Assembly: GCA_965372795.1 (NCBI GenBank)
Contig: CBDVDR010000024.1
Span: 1-40,204 of the forward strand
DNA from: an uncultured bacterium
GTDB taxonomy: Bacteria > Zixibacteria > MSB-5A5 > GN15 > FEB-12
Length of the DNA: 40,204 bases
Direction: 5' to 3'
Below the pieces are notes generated by a model that was given only the letters and a program-made list of their open reading frames with translations, was not told the DNA's origin and made no database searches. Numbering within the stretch: the stretch's first letter is position 1; every line of letters begins with the position of its first letter. Made by a program: the position numbers and the translations under genes. Shown in pieces: positions 28,664 to 38,861 of the stretch.

Positions 28664-29527
28664 TTATTGATCGTTTTTTGCTTCGTAGAAATATTTTATA
28701 TATTGCCAGGCATCTTCGGCCCGGTCGGCATATACAAAAAGATTGAGATCTTCCTCAGCGATAGTGCCTTCTTCCACCAACTGTTCAAAATTAACAACCG
28801 ACCGCCAATACCTTTCACCAAATAATACAATCGGTATCGGTTTGACTTTTCCGGTTTGAATGAGAGTTAAAGCTTCAAAAAGTTCATCCAATGTACCATA
28901 CCCGCCCGGAAAAGCGACCAAAGCTTTTGCTCTGAGAAGAAAATGCATTTTTCTAATAGCGAAATAATGAAACTGAAGACATAGTTCCGGGGATATATAC
29001 GGATTCGGAGCCTGTTCAAAGGGAAGCGTAATATTTAATCCGATAGATTTTGCTCCGATATCATAAGCTCCTCTATTGGCGGCTTCCATTATTCCGGGAC
29101 CGCCACCGGTAACCACTACCCATTCATGGTAATTGTAATTTTGTCCTTCTTCGGAAGCAAGTTTTCCAAACTTACGGGCTTCATCGTAAAATCTTGATTT
29201 TCTAACAATCGACCTAGCGATACGGAGTTGCTTTTTTAAATGGCGATTACCGGGTGATTTTTTAATTTTATTTTCAATCTTCTTTAAATTTGATTGGGCT
29301 TCTTCAGGTTCTACAATTCGTGTTCCGCCAAACACAACAATAGTAGATTCAATATTATTTTCCTGTAAAATAATTTCCGGTTTTAAAAGTTCAAGTTCCA
29401 ACCTGACCGGGCGATTAAAATCTTCTTTGAGAAAAGACAAATCTTGATATGCGATCCTATAAGCCTTTGATTTTTTCAATCGTTCAGTCATTTCAGCTTT
29501 TACTTTATCAGATTTTTTTTGTGCCAT
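28664..29527 (-). CDS. LOG family Rossmann-fold nucleotide phosphoribohydrolase
   Basis: Motifs TGGGPGIMEAANRGA, GLNITLPFEQAPNPY, FHYFAIRKMHF and PGGYGTLDELFE. Confidence 0.92.
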   Translation of the reverse strand: MAQKKSDKVKAEMTERLKKSKAYRIAYQDLSFLKEDFNRPVRLELELLKPEIILQENNIESTIVVFGGTRIVEPEEAQSNLKKIENKIKKSPGNRHLKKQLRIARSIVRKSRFYDEARKFGKLASEEGQNYNYHEWVVVTGGGPGIMEAANRGAYDIGAKSIGLNITLPFEQAPNPYISPELCLQFHYFAIRKMHFLLRAKALVAFPGGYGTLDELFEALTLIQTGKVKPIPIVLFGERYWRSVVNFEQLVEEGTIAEEDLNLFVYADRAEDAWQYIKYFYEAKNDQ

Positions 29528-29534
29528 TTTATAC

Positions 29535-30920
29535 CTATAATTCGATTGTTTGTCCTAATTTAGGAATAGTGCAGGACCATCCCTTTTCTTTGGTTAAAAT
29601 CTCCGCCATAGCTTCCGACCGAGAAAATTCTCCATGGGTTACAAACACCATTTCAGGAGATTTACTAACCGGCTCCAGCCAGTGTAAAAGTTCGAGGTAA
29701 TCGGCATGTCCTGAGAGACCGCTCAGATTCACAACCTCAGCTTTGATATCAATTAAAGATTTATGAATTCTTACCTGTCGTTCTCCATCAGCAATTCTTC
29801 TGCCAAGGGTTCCCGCAGCCATAAATCCGACTAATGCGAGGATAGTTTTTTCATCCGGTAATCGTTGCATCAGATGATGCATAATTCTGCCTCCAGTTAA
29901 CATTCCGCTCGCAGATAAAATAATTGCCGGACCTTTAAGTTTATTCAGGCTCTTAGAAGATTTTCTTTTTCTATGCAGGGTGATGTTTTTACCAAAGAAA
30001 TTTTCATCCCCTTTTTCAAAAAAGTCATGGTTAATCGAATGGTACTCAGGAAATTTCTTATATACATTTGTTGCCCTGACAGCCATTGGTGAATCAACAT
30101 GAATATCAATTTTTGGGATTTCCCCCTGTCGTTGGAGAATATTTACCATGTAAGCCAATTGCTGGGTGCGACCAATTGCAAATGCCGGAATTAGTAAGAT
30201 TCGTTTTTCTTCGATAACTCTTTTTAATAATTGCGATAATTCAAAAAACGGATCAACCGGCGGGTGAATAACTCCGCCATAAGTTGACTCACAAACCAAA
30301 TAATCAAATGCCGGAGGATCGTTAGGATCATTTACCAAAGCAATCGCATAGCGTCCGATATCTCCTGAAAAAAAGATAGTTTTTTTCTCACCCTTATCAT
30401 TCATCTCAATCTCGATTGAGGCTGCGCCGAGGATGTGGCCTGCGATATGAAATTTAAATCGGAACTCATCAGAAATTTTATGCCAGTCGCCAAATGATAA
30501 TGGTTCACATTGTTTAGCAACTGATTCCACATCGTTGGTTGTAAACAACGCTAGCGCCGGTTTATGCTTGGTTAATCCCTTCCTATTGCGGTAGGCGGCA
30601 TCCTCTTCCTGAATATGGGCCGCATCTTTAAGCAGTACTTCTAAAATATCGTGAGTTGGCGGGGTGGCAAACACCGGACCGGTATACCCTTTGTTAATTA
30701 ATCTGGGTAAAAAACCGGAATGATCAATATGAGCATGAGTTAGAATTACTGCTGAAATTTCTTTAGGATTAAACGGAAGCGGTTCCCAGTTTTTATTTCT
30801 GAGCTCTTTGGCACCTTGAAACATACCGCAATCTATTAGTATTTTTTTACCGTTTACTTCAAGAAGATATTTAGAACCTGTGACTGTACCAGCAGCACCA
30901 TGAAAGGAAATTTGCTTCAA
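29535..30920 (-). CDS. MBL-fold beta-CASP RNA-processing nuclease (YSH1/TTHA0252-like)
   Basis: TTG start; motifs GAAGTVTGS, DCGMFQG, THAHIDHSG, AGHILGAA, ESTYG, PAFAIGRTQ, SGHAD and VTHGE. Confidence 0.93.
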   Translation of the reverse strand: MKQISFHGAAGTVTGSKYLLEVNGKKILIDCGMFQGAKELRNKNWEPLPFNPKEISAVILTHAHIDHSGFLPRLINKGYTGPVFATPPTHDILEVLLKDAAHIQEEDAAYRNRKGLTKHKPALALFTTNDVESVAKQCEPLSFGDWHKISDEFRFKFHIAGHILGAASIEIEMNDKGEKKTIFFSGDIGRYAIALVNDPNDPPAFDYLVCESTYGGVIHPPVDPFFELSQLLKRVIEEKRILLIPAFAIGRTQQLAYMVNILQRQGEIPKIDIHVDSPMAVRATNVYKKFPEYHSINHDFFEKGDENFFGKNITLHRKRKSSKSLNKLKGPAIILSASGMLTGGRIMHHLMQRLPDEKTILALVGFMAAGTLGRRIADGERQVRIHKSLIDIKAEVVNLSGLSGHADYLELLHWLEPVSKSPEMVFVTHGEFSRSEAMAEILTKEKGWSCTIPKLGQTIEL

Positions 30921-30939
30921 TTAAAACCTTTGTCAAAAA

Positions 30940-32088
30940 CTAAATAGCTTGATAATTATCTTCAATATAATACTGTTCCAAAGGAACATCTTCAGGAACT
31001 CCGAGACAGATTCCAAGAGATAGTGCCGTTTTTACGACTGGGTGATCCGGTGTGACTTTTCTTTGCTTTCCGGCAATATCTTCAATAGCCACCGAACTCA
31101 TTTCGTTATTTTTCAGAACAACTAAACTTCCAAATTGTCTTTTTTCAACAAGTTTAACCGCTTCAACCCCGAAACGGGTTGCCAGAATTCTATCAAATGC
31201 TGAAGGAGAACCGCCTCTGACTAAATGACCGAGGATTGTGACTCGACATTCAATATTAGTCAGACCCTCAATTTGAGCGGCAACCTGATGTGAAATTCCG
31301 CCTAAACGAATAGCATCAGGTGAATTTTCTATCCTCCGTTTGATAACAACATCTCCGCCCATCGGCCTTGCACCTTCACCAACGACAACAATTGAGAAAT
31401 TTTTACCCTGAGCATTACGAGTTTTAACCTGATTACAAACAGCTTCGATATCATATGGAAATTCCGGCATCAGAATAATATCACCACCACCAGCTAACCC
31501 GGAGTACAGAGCCAGCCAGCCGGCATTCCTTCCCATCACCTCAACAATCATAACCCGATGATGCGATTGGGCAGTAGTATGGATTCTATCAATGGCTTCG
31601 GTTGCGATTGAAACGGCAGTGTCAAACCCAAAGGTTATATCAGTGCCATGAAGATCATTATCAATAGTTTTTGGAACACCTACAACCGGAATTCCTTTTT
31701 TCATCATTCCGGCAGCGGCTGCCATAGTACCGTCACCGCCGATTGCGATCAGCCCATCGAGTCCCAAAGCATCAAAATTTCTAACCCCTTGAGTTGAGCG
31801 GTCCAGATAAATATAATCATCACCTTGTAATACCGGAAAATGGAATGGATCTGCGCGATTAGAAGTACCTAAAATAGTGCCGCCCAGAGCTAATATTCCC
31901 GAGGCGTCTCTGGGGTTTAGTTTTCTATAGCGATTTTCAACCAAACCCTCAAAGCCATCTTGAAAACCAATTATTTCAAACCCGCAATCGTTATATGCAG
32001 TTTTGACTATCGCCCTAATAACCGCATTCAATCCCGGACAGTCTCCACCGCCGGTTAATATTCCAATTCTTTTAATTTTTTTGCTCAT
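30940..32088 (-). CDS. pfkA: 6-phosphofructokinase (group III-like)
   Basis: Motifs TGGGDCPGLNAVIR, GGTILGTS, IGGDGT, PKTIDND, VEVMGRNAGW and LGHLVRGG. Confidence 0.93.
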   Translation of the reverse strand: MSKKIKRIGILTGGGDCPGLNAVIRAIVKTAYNDCGFEIIGFQDGFEGLVENRYRKLNPRDASGILALGGTILGTSNRADPFHFPVLQGDDYIYLDRSTQGVRNFDALGLDGLIAIGGDGTMAAAAGMMKKGIPVVGVPKTIDNDLHGTDITFGFDTAVSIATEAIDRIHTTAQSHHRVMIVEVMGRNAGWLALYSGLAGGGDIILMPEFPYDIEAVCNQVKTRNAQGKNFSIVVVGEGARPMGGDVVIKRRIENSPDAIRLGGISHQVAAQIEGLTNIECRVTILGHLVRGGSPSAFDRILATRFGVEAVKLVEKRQFGSLVVLKNNEMSSVAIEDIAGKQRKVTPDHPVVKTALSLGICLGVPEDVPLEQYYIEDNYQAI

Positions 32089-32300
32089 AAACTATATTAA
32101 ATTAGACCTTATATAAAAGAAACAACAATTTTTGCTAAATTTGGTTCATATTAGAGTATTTCGACATTAAAAATAAACACTTTATGTCGTTTTCTGAAAT
32201 GAACTTTTAAAATTACCCGGAAGAAATGATAAAATTGTTGTTGTTTCAGACGATATTTATAATGAATAATGATTTGATAAATTTAAACAATTGAGGATAA

Positions 32301-34862
32301 ATGAAAGTCAGGCAATTTTTCGTTCTCCCGAAGCTTCCCGAGCAATTACTTCCCTTGCAGGAATTAGCTCAAAATTTATGGTATTCCTGGAATTGGGACT
32401 TAGTTAAACTATTTATCAGGCTCGACTCTGAGATGTGGGAATTGTGCCATCAAAACCCGGTAGAAACCTTGGCAAAATTACCCCAGGAAACACTCGAAAG
32501 AGCCGTAAACGATGAAGGGTTTATGGCAAGCCTTGACCGAGTTTATTTAAAATATCAGGACTATTTAAATCGAAAAAAATGGTTTAATCGTGAATTTCCA
32601 TCCTACAATGATCAGAAAGTAGCCTATTTTTCTCTTGAATACGGCATGGATACCTCGCTTCCGGTTTACAGCGGTGGACTTGGCGTTCTTTCCGGAGATA
32701 CGTTGAAATCTGCTTCTGATCTTGGTATTCCGATGGTTGCGATAGGACTTCTATACCGATATGGATATTTCAGACAGTTTCTATCCACTGATGGCTGGCA
32801 ACAGGAACGATACGAAGAAAACGATTGGTATCATATGCCGGTTGAACTGGTCAAAAACGAGAATAACGAACCGTTGAGAATTTCTGTAGTGATTGACACC
32901 ACCCCGGTTCAAGTTCAAATTTGGAAAGTAAAAGTTGGACAGATCCCACTTTATCTTTTAGATACAAATATTCCTGAAAATTCTACAAAATGCCGCGAAA
33001 TCACTTCGGTTTTATATGGCGGCGATAAAGATATGCGTATTCGTCAGGAAATTATTCTTGGGATTGGCGGCATTAAAGCTTTGAGAGCTTTAAATATTGA
33101 TCCTTCAATTTATCATACCAATGAAGGCCATTCCTGGTTTTTGACCCTTGAGCGGATTAGATTTTTGATGCAGGAAAGACATCTTAGTTTCAAAGAAGCC
33201 TCACAATATATCTGGTCAACTGCAATTTTTACAACCCATACACCGGTTCCTGCGGGAAACGAAAAATTTGATCCTATTCTGGTAAAACGTTATCTGGGCA
33301 ACTTTATTGAAAAACTCGGAATCAGCTGGGATGAGTTTTTAGCCATCGGACAGGTATTCCCTAAAGATGATCACGAACCGTTTTGTATGACTGTGGCAGC
33401 TTTAAAATATTCCGCTTTTTCAAATGGCGTATCAAAACTTCATGGTGAAGTGTCTCGCGAGATGTGGCATAATATTTGGCCTGATTTGCCCATTGAAGAA
33501 ATTCCAATTAAATCTATAACCAACGGGGTTCATTCTTCATCGTGGATATCACATGATATGCATGAATTATATATATCATATTTCGGCTCCAGATATGAAG
33601 AATCTTCCGGCTCACCTGATATCTGGGAGAAAGTCCACAAAATCCCTGATGCCGAGTTGTGGCGAGTTCACAATCGGCGTCGTGAAAGACTGGTGTTTTT
33701 TGCCCGTAAAAAGCTAAAACAACAATTGGTCAGACGCGGTGCAACTCAGGTGGACATTCAACAGGCTGATCAATTACTTGATCCGCAGATTTTGACTATC
33801 GGATTTGCCCGACGATTTTCAACTTATAAACGGGGAGCCTTAATATTTTCAGAACCGAAAAGACTTGAACGAATTTTAAATAATCCCGATCAACCGGTCC
33901 AATTGGTAATCGCCGGTAAGGCTCATCCGCTTGATAACCCCGGCAAAGAAATTATCAGGCAGATTGTCGGTTATGCCGCTGAAGAACGATATAACAACCG
34001 GATTATTTTCCTTGAAGATTACGATATAAATCTTGCCCGATATCTTGTCCAGGGTGTTGATGTCTGGCTGAATACTCCCAGACGCCCTCAGGAAGCCTCG
34101 GGAACCTCAGGCATGAAGGCGGCCATGAACGGTGCGTTGAATCTGTCGATTCTTGATGGTTGGTGGGTTGAAGGCTACAATGATATGACCGGGTTCAAAA
34201 TTGGTAACGGTGAAGAATATGAAAACACCGATAAACAGGATCACATGGACGCTGAAATGCTGTATAGTACCCTTGAGCGTGAATTGATCCCCCTGTTTTA
34301 CAACCGCAACGAAATAGGCTTGCCGGCTCGATGGATTTCAAAAATGAAAGCATCGATTCATATGGCAGGCGAGCGATTTTCAGCTCAAAGAATGCTAATG
34401 GACTATACAAAACAATTCTACATTCCCGCGATTGAGTCATGTTTGAAAATGCAGCAAAGCGATTATGCCCTGACTCGCAACGTTACCACCTGGTTAGATA
34501 AGATGAGTGAATCCTGGAATAATATCGCCATCGCTGATGTCAATGTGCCAGACCCCGGCGCAACATTATTTGTCGGCGAAGAAATGCCGATAACTATAAA
34601 GGTCGTTCTTGGTGAAATCTCTCCGGATGATATTTCTGTTGAGTTAATTTCCGGAAAGTTAAACTCCCAGGAACAGATATTATCCTACAAACCTGTCATA
34701 GCTGTATTCAATGAATCAAGTCCTGCTGAAAATGGTATATTTACTTTTAGTGGAAAAGTAATCTGCACCGAGTCAGGAAGATTTGGTATTACGGCACGGA
34801 TTATTCCTAAAAATGTGAATCTCCCTCACACTTTTAAGCCTAAGCTGATTACCTGGTGGTAA
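32301..34862 (+). CDS. glgP: Alpha-glucan (glycogen/maltodextrin) phosphorylase
   Basis: Motifs NLWYSW, AYFSLEYG, YSGGLGVLSGD, TNEGH, GFARRFSTYKR and the PLP-lysine motif EASGTSGMKAAMNG. Confidence 0.95.
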   Translation: MKVRQFFVLPKLPEQLLPLQELAQNLWYSWNWDLVKLFIRLDSEMWELCHQNPVETLAKLPQETLERAVNDEGFMASLDRVYLKYQDYLNRKKWFNREFPSYNDQKVAYFSLEYGMDTSLPVYSGGLGVLSGDTLKSASDLGIPMVAIGLLYRYGYFRQFLSTDGWQQERYEENDWYHMPVELVKNENNEPLRISVVIDTTPVQVQIWKVKVGQIPLYLLDTNIPENSTKCREITSVLYGGDKDMRIRQEIILGIGGIKALRALNIDPSIYHTNEGHSWFLTLERIRFLMQERHLSFKEASQYIWSTAIFTTHTPVPAGNEKFDPILVKRYLGNFIEKLGISWDEFLAIGQVFPKDDHEPFCMTVAALKYSAFSNGVSKLHGEVSREMWHNIWPDLPIEEIPIKSITNGVHSSSWISHDMHELYISYFGSRYEESSGSPDIWEKVHKIPDAELWRVHNRRRERLVFFARKKLKQQLVRRGATQVDIQQADQLLDPQILTIGFARRFSTYKRGALIFSEPKRLERILNNPDQPVQLVIAGKAHPLDNPGKEIIRQIVGYAAEERYNNRIIFLEDYDINLARYLVQGVDVWLNTPRRPQEASGTSGMKAAMNGALNLSILDGWWVEGYNDMTGFKIGNGEEYENTDKQDHMDAEMLYSTLERELIPLFYNRNEIGLPARWISKMKASIHMAGERFSAQRMLMDYTKQFYIPAIESCLKMQQSDYALTRNVTTWLDKMSESWNNIAIADVNVPDPGATLFVGEEMPITIKVVLGEISPDDISVELISGKLNSQEQILSYKPVIAVFNESSPAENGIFTFSGKVICTESGRFGITARIIPKNVNLPHTFKPKLITWW

Positions 34863-34923
34863 TCAAGACAAATTGAATACTGGTAGAAATTATCAACATT
34901 CCTTATAAATTCAAGCATATCTG

Positions 34924-34960
34924 CAATCGCATTATAGCAATATAATGCGATTGTTTTTTT
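34924..34960 (+). terminator. Intrinsic terminator after glgP
   Basis: CAATCGCATTATA-GCAA-TATAATGCGATTG followed by T7. Confidence 0.8.
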
Positions 34961-35044
34961 ATAAATTCGTTAATTAGTATCGTGCAATTTCTTGACTTTT
35001 TATCATTTAGCGGATTTATTCAATAAACTAATCATTTATTTCTA

Positions 35045-36562
35045 ATGGAGGATTCTATGCCAAACCTATCAAAAAGGGTTTTGCCTATCGTTATAGCATT
35101 ATTGCTTATAACTTTTGTATCGGCAAACGCTTTTGATTTCTCAGAATTAACTGACAAGGTCTCTGAGAAGACATTAAAGAACGGATTAAAAGTTATTGTT
35201 ATGGAGCGACATGATGCTCCGGTTGTATCTTTTATCACTTATTGTGATGTTGGTGCCGCAAATGATCCTAAAGAGTATACCGGCTTAGCTCATATGTTTG
35301 AACATATGGCTTTTAAAGGTACCAAAACTCTTGGGACAACTGATTACGAAAAAGAAATCGGTCTAATGAAAATAGAGGACTCGCTTTGGTATCTTCTTAG
35401 AGAAGCCCGCTTAATTGGTGCCTATGGCGATACAGTTCGCTTAGCCGAATTAGAAGCTGAATTTGAAAAGGCAATTGAAGAAGCCAATGAACTCGTGCTT
35501 CCGAATGCTATGGATAATATTTTAGAACGCGAGGGTGTTGTTGGTCTAAATGCCGGTACCGGTTCAGACATGACAATGTATATGATGAGTCTTCCTTCAA
35601 ATCGCCTTGAACTCTGGATGACTATTGAATCGGAAAGATTTTTGAATCCGGTTTTGAGAGAAATGTATCGGGAACGCAATGTTATTGCCGAAGAAAGACG
35701 TCAGACTCTTGAAAATAATCCGATCAGCAGACTTTTGGATGCTTTAAAATATACTGCTTTTCAAGCCCATCCCTATGGAATATCAATCATTGGGCATATG
35801 TCAGATATTCAAAACTACACCCGTGATAAAGCTTTGGAGTATTACAAGACTTACTACGTCCCTTCAAATATGACAATTTCTATTGTGGGAGATGTCAAAG
35901 CGAAGGATGTATTTAAAATGGCAGAAAAATATTGGGAACGAATCCCTTTCAGCCCTCCCCCACCGGCTCTGGCTACTATTGAACCGGAACAACAGGGTGA
36001 ACGGAGAATAGAACTTGAAGATCCAGCCCAACCATTCTTTTCTGTCGGCTGGCATGTCCCCGAAGAAACTCATCCCGATTGGCCTGCCCTTGAAGCACTA
36101 TCGGCCTACCTTGGTGACGGAAGGACATCGCCTTTTTACAAAAATCTGATTAAAGATAAAAAAATTGCTTCCACCGCTACCACGTACCTTGGATATCCGG
36201 GAACAAAATTCCCAACTTTATTATTAGCTTACGCTATGCCTGCCCCTGAGCATTCAAATGATGAATGTGAAATCGAAATTCTTTCGGAAGTCGAAAAAGT
36301 AAAAAATGAAATTATTCCTATTGAAGAATTAGATAAAATTAAAGCCCGAGCCAAAGCGAGTTTTATAAACAGTATGAACAGCAATCTCGGTATGGCAATG
36401 CAGCTGGCAGCTTATGAAACCTCATGGGGATCATGGCGCGAATTATTCAATACTCTTGATCGTATTAATGCGGTTACTACTGAAGATATTCAAAGAGTTG
36501 CCAAGAAATATCTTACCAAACAAAATCGAACCATTGCTAAATTAAATACAAGCGATAGCTAA
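35045..36562 (+). CDS. M16B family zinc peptidase, catalytic subunit (secreted/periplasmic)
   Basis: Inverted zinc motif GLAHMFEHMAFKGT, LNAGT, ERNVIAEERR and HPYG. Signal peptide present. The likely start is 35057 (MPNLSK), which follows a GGAGG. Confidence 0.93.
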   Translation: MEDSMPNLSKRVLPIVIALLLITFVSANAFDFSELTDKVSEKTLKNGLKVIVMERHDAPVVSFITYCDVGAANDPKEYTGLAHMFEHMAFKGTKTLGTTDYEKEIGLMKIEDSLWYLLREARLIGAYGDTVRLAELEAEFEKAIEEANELVLPNAMDNILEREGVVGLNAGTGSDMTMYMMSLPSNRLELWMTIESERFLNPVLREMYRERNVIAEERRQTLENNPISRLLDALKYTAFQAHPYGISIIGHMSDIQNYTRDKALEYYKTYYVPSNMTISIVGDVKAKDVFKMAEKYWERIPFSPPPPALATIEPEQQGERRIELEDPAQPFFSVGWHVPEETHPDWPALEALSAYLGDGRTSPFYKNLIKDKKIASTATTYLGYPGTKFPTLLLAYAMPAPEHSNDECEIEILSEVEKVKNEIIPIEELDKIKARAKASFINSMNSNLGMAMQLAAYETSWGSWRELFNTLDRINAVTTEDIQRVAKKYLTKQNRTIAKLNTSDS

Positions 36563-36577
36563 GACTGGAGTCAAATT

Positions 36578-38713
36578 ATGAAAAAGTTATTATTACTATT
36601 TTCGCTGTTTATCCTGGTGATGGGACTCGGTATAAATTCCTTTGCTCAGGATGTAACTCAACTTGAGTTTCCGAAATTAAATGAAATAAAAAATCCCAAG
36701 ATTGAAAAGATAGTCTTTGAAAACGGATTAACACTTTACGTTCTTGAGGATCGCTCATTCCCGGTCTTTAATGCCAGAGCCCGAATCAATTGCGGTTCTT
36801 ATTTAGAATCTGGAGAAAAAACCGGACTCGCTTCAATTTTTGGAGCTGTTCTTCGCACCGGCGGAACAACCAAATGGACTGGTGATGAAATTGATGAAAT
36901 GATCGAGGGAATCGGCGGCATGGTTGAAACATCCGTTGGACTAACCTCTGGAAACGCTTATGTAAATGTATTGAGTGAATATACTGATCTTGGCCTGGAA
37001 GTTTTGGCAGAAGTTCTGCGTCGACCGGTATTTGATGAGGATAAAATTGATTTAGCCAAGGTGCAGGAACGTACGGGAATTGCACGCCGTAACGATGATA
37101 TCGGTTCTATCGCTCGTCGTGAATTTTCAAAACAAATCTATGGAAAAGATTCTCCGTATGCCAGAACCACAGAATATGCTACGATTGATGCTATTAATCG
37201 GGATGATCTGGTTGATTTTCATAATAAATATATTAAACCGGAAAATATTCAGTTAGCTGTCTGGGGTGATCTTAAAAAAGATGAAATTATTGCTAAAATT
37301 AAACATTACTTTGAAGACTGGGAAAAAGGTACCGTCATTGTTCCTCCCCCGCCAAAAGTTGATTATGAATTTCGCAGTAAAGTTTATTATGTAGAAAAGA
37401 AAGACGCCAAACAATCATACATCAGGGTTGGACATTTGGGCGGATTGGTTACAGATCCGGACTATGCTGACAAGATCGTAATGAATTCTGTTCTTGGCGG
37501 TGGTTTTGGCAGTCGCGTAACTGATGCGGTACGAACCAAACTGGGGCTGGCTTATTCTGCCGGTGGAAGATATATCTCAAACTTTGCTTACCCGGGATAT
37601 TTTTTCATGGTTGCATCTACTAAGCCGGGCAGTACTATTAAAGCTGCAAAAGAGATTATCAAACAGATTAAATCTATGCACACCGATGCTCCGAATGAAA
37701 ATGAAATGAACAAAGGTAAAGACGGGTATCTAAATTCATTTGTTTTCAATTTCGACAATAAGTCTGAAGTCATCAACCGTATGATGAATTATGATTTTTA
37801 CGGATTGCCGGAAGATTTTCTCCAACAGGAAAAAAGTCGGGTCGAACAGGTTACCCCCGAAGACGTTGTCGCAGCTTCTAAAAAGAATATCCAAATTGAT
37901 AATATGATTGTCTTAGTTGCCGGTAATGCCGCTGAATTTGACGAAGAACTTACCGCACTTGGATTAGGAGAACCCGAACTTCTTGATATCACTATTCCTT
38001 CAGCCGAAGAAAAACAGGAAATTGAAATTACCGAAGAAAATCTTAAAGCTGGAAAAGCTCTTTTGGAAAAAGCTGTGGCAGCCGCCGGTGGAATGGAAAA
38101 CATCAAAAAGATGAATTCTAATTCGTTGGCCGGACAGTTACTGATCGTTACACCAAATGGTGATTTTGCCATCAAGATTAGTTCATTTGAAATGGATCCG
38201 GATAAATCCTGGTCTATGGTTGAAGTCATGGGTCGCAAGATGTATGATATTACCAACGGTAATACCGGATGGAAAACCGATCAGATGTCAGGTGAAATAG
38301 TCTCTAAAACCGAAGATGACTTACTAGAATATAACAATGAAAAAAAACGGAATACTATTTCCCTTTTAAAAGAATCTGATAATCCTTCCTACCAGGCTGC
38401 ATCCAATGGTTCTGGCACAGAGAATGGTATCGCTGTTGATTATCTGGTTTTTGTAGATAAAAATGGTGATATGATTTGTAATTTAGGTCTTAATAATCAA
38501 ACTTACGAAATCGTCAGTAAATCATTCTGGGGAACAAGTCAGCTTGGTGAAGGTACAATGGTCAAGTATTTCAGTGAATATGCAAACATCAACGGGGTGA
38601 TGATTCCTATGAATGTTGAGACACATATGAACGAACAGAAATTAACCACTCTTAAAATTTCAGAATTTTTAATCAATCCTGAAATTCCTGCAACTCAATT
38701 TGACAAACCATAA
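36578..38713 (+). CDS. M16B family non-catalytic partner subunit with extra C-terminal domain
   Basis: M16 fold without HxxEH (GLASIFGAVLRTGGT) and with the R/Y motif VLGGGFGSR...VRTKLGLAYS. Signal peptide. Extension of about 230 aa beginning LLEKAVAAAGG. Confidence 0.9.
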   Translation: MKKLLLLFSLFILVMGLGINSFAQDVTQLEFPKLNEIKNPKIEKIVFENGLTLYVLEDRSFPVFNARARINCGSYLESGEKTGLASIFGAVLRTGGTTKWTGDEIDEMIEGIGGMVETSVGLTSGNAYVNVLSEYTDLGLEVLAEVLRRPVFDEDKIDLAKVQERTGIARRNDDIGSIARREFSKQIYGKDSPYARTTEYATIDAINRDDLVDFHNKYIKPENIQLAVWGDLKKDEIIAKIKHYFEDWEKGTVIVPPPPKVDYEFRSKVYYVEKKDAKQSYIRVGHLGGLVTDPDYADKIVMNSVLGGGFGSRVTDAVRTKLGLAYSAGGRYISNFAYPGYFFMVASTKPGSTIKAAKEIIKQIKSMHTDAPNENEMNKGKDGYLNSFVFNFDNKSEVINRMMNYDFYGLPEDFLQQEKSRVEQVTPEDVVAASKKNIQIDNMIVLVAGNAAEFDEELTALGLGEPELLDITIPSAEEKQEIEITEENLKAGKALLEKAVAAAGGMENIKKMNSNSLAGQLLIVTPNGDFAIKISSFEMDPDKSWSMVEVMGRKMYDITNGNTGWKTDQMSGEIVSKTEDDLLEYNNEKKRNTISLLKESDNPSYQAASNGSGTENGIAVDYLVFVDKNGDMICNLGLNNQTYEIVSKSFWGTSQLGEGTMVKYFSEYANINGVMIPMNVETHMNEQKLTTLKISEFLINPEIPATQFDKP

Positions 38714-38723
38714 GTATTTTAAA

Positions 38724-38767
38724 AATTGCAAAGGAGCCGGATTCGGCTTCTTTGCAATTGACTTTTT
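38724..38767 (+). terminator. Probable terminator hairpin after the M16 pair
   Basis: AATTGCAAAGGAGCCG-GATT-CGGCTTCTTTGCAATT, then GACTTTTT. Confidence 0.7.
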
Positions 38768-38785
38768 CGCAAATTATTGTATCTT
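38758..38785 (+). promoter_or_regulatory. Putative sigma70 promoter of the cohesin-dockerin gene
   Basis: TTGACT (38758-38763), 16-bp spacer, TATCTT (38780-38785). Confidence 0.35.
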
Positions 38786-38861
38786 GAGATAACTTTAAAG
38801 ATGAGGTGATGATTTATAAATCCTACTGCTAATTGACTTTACATATTTGCACCTTCCATAA

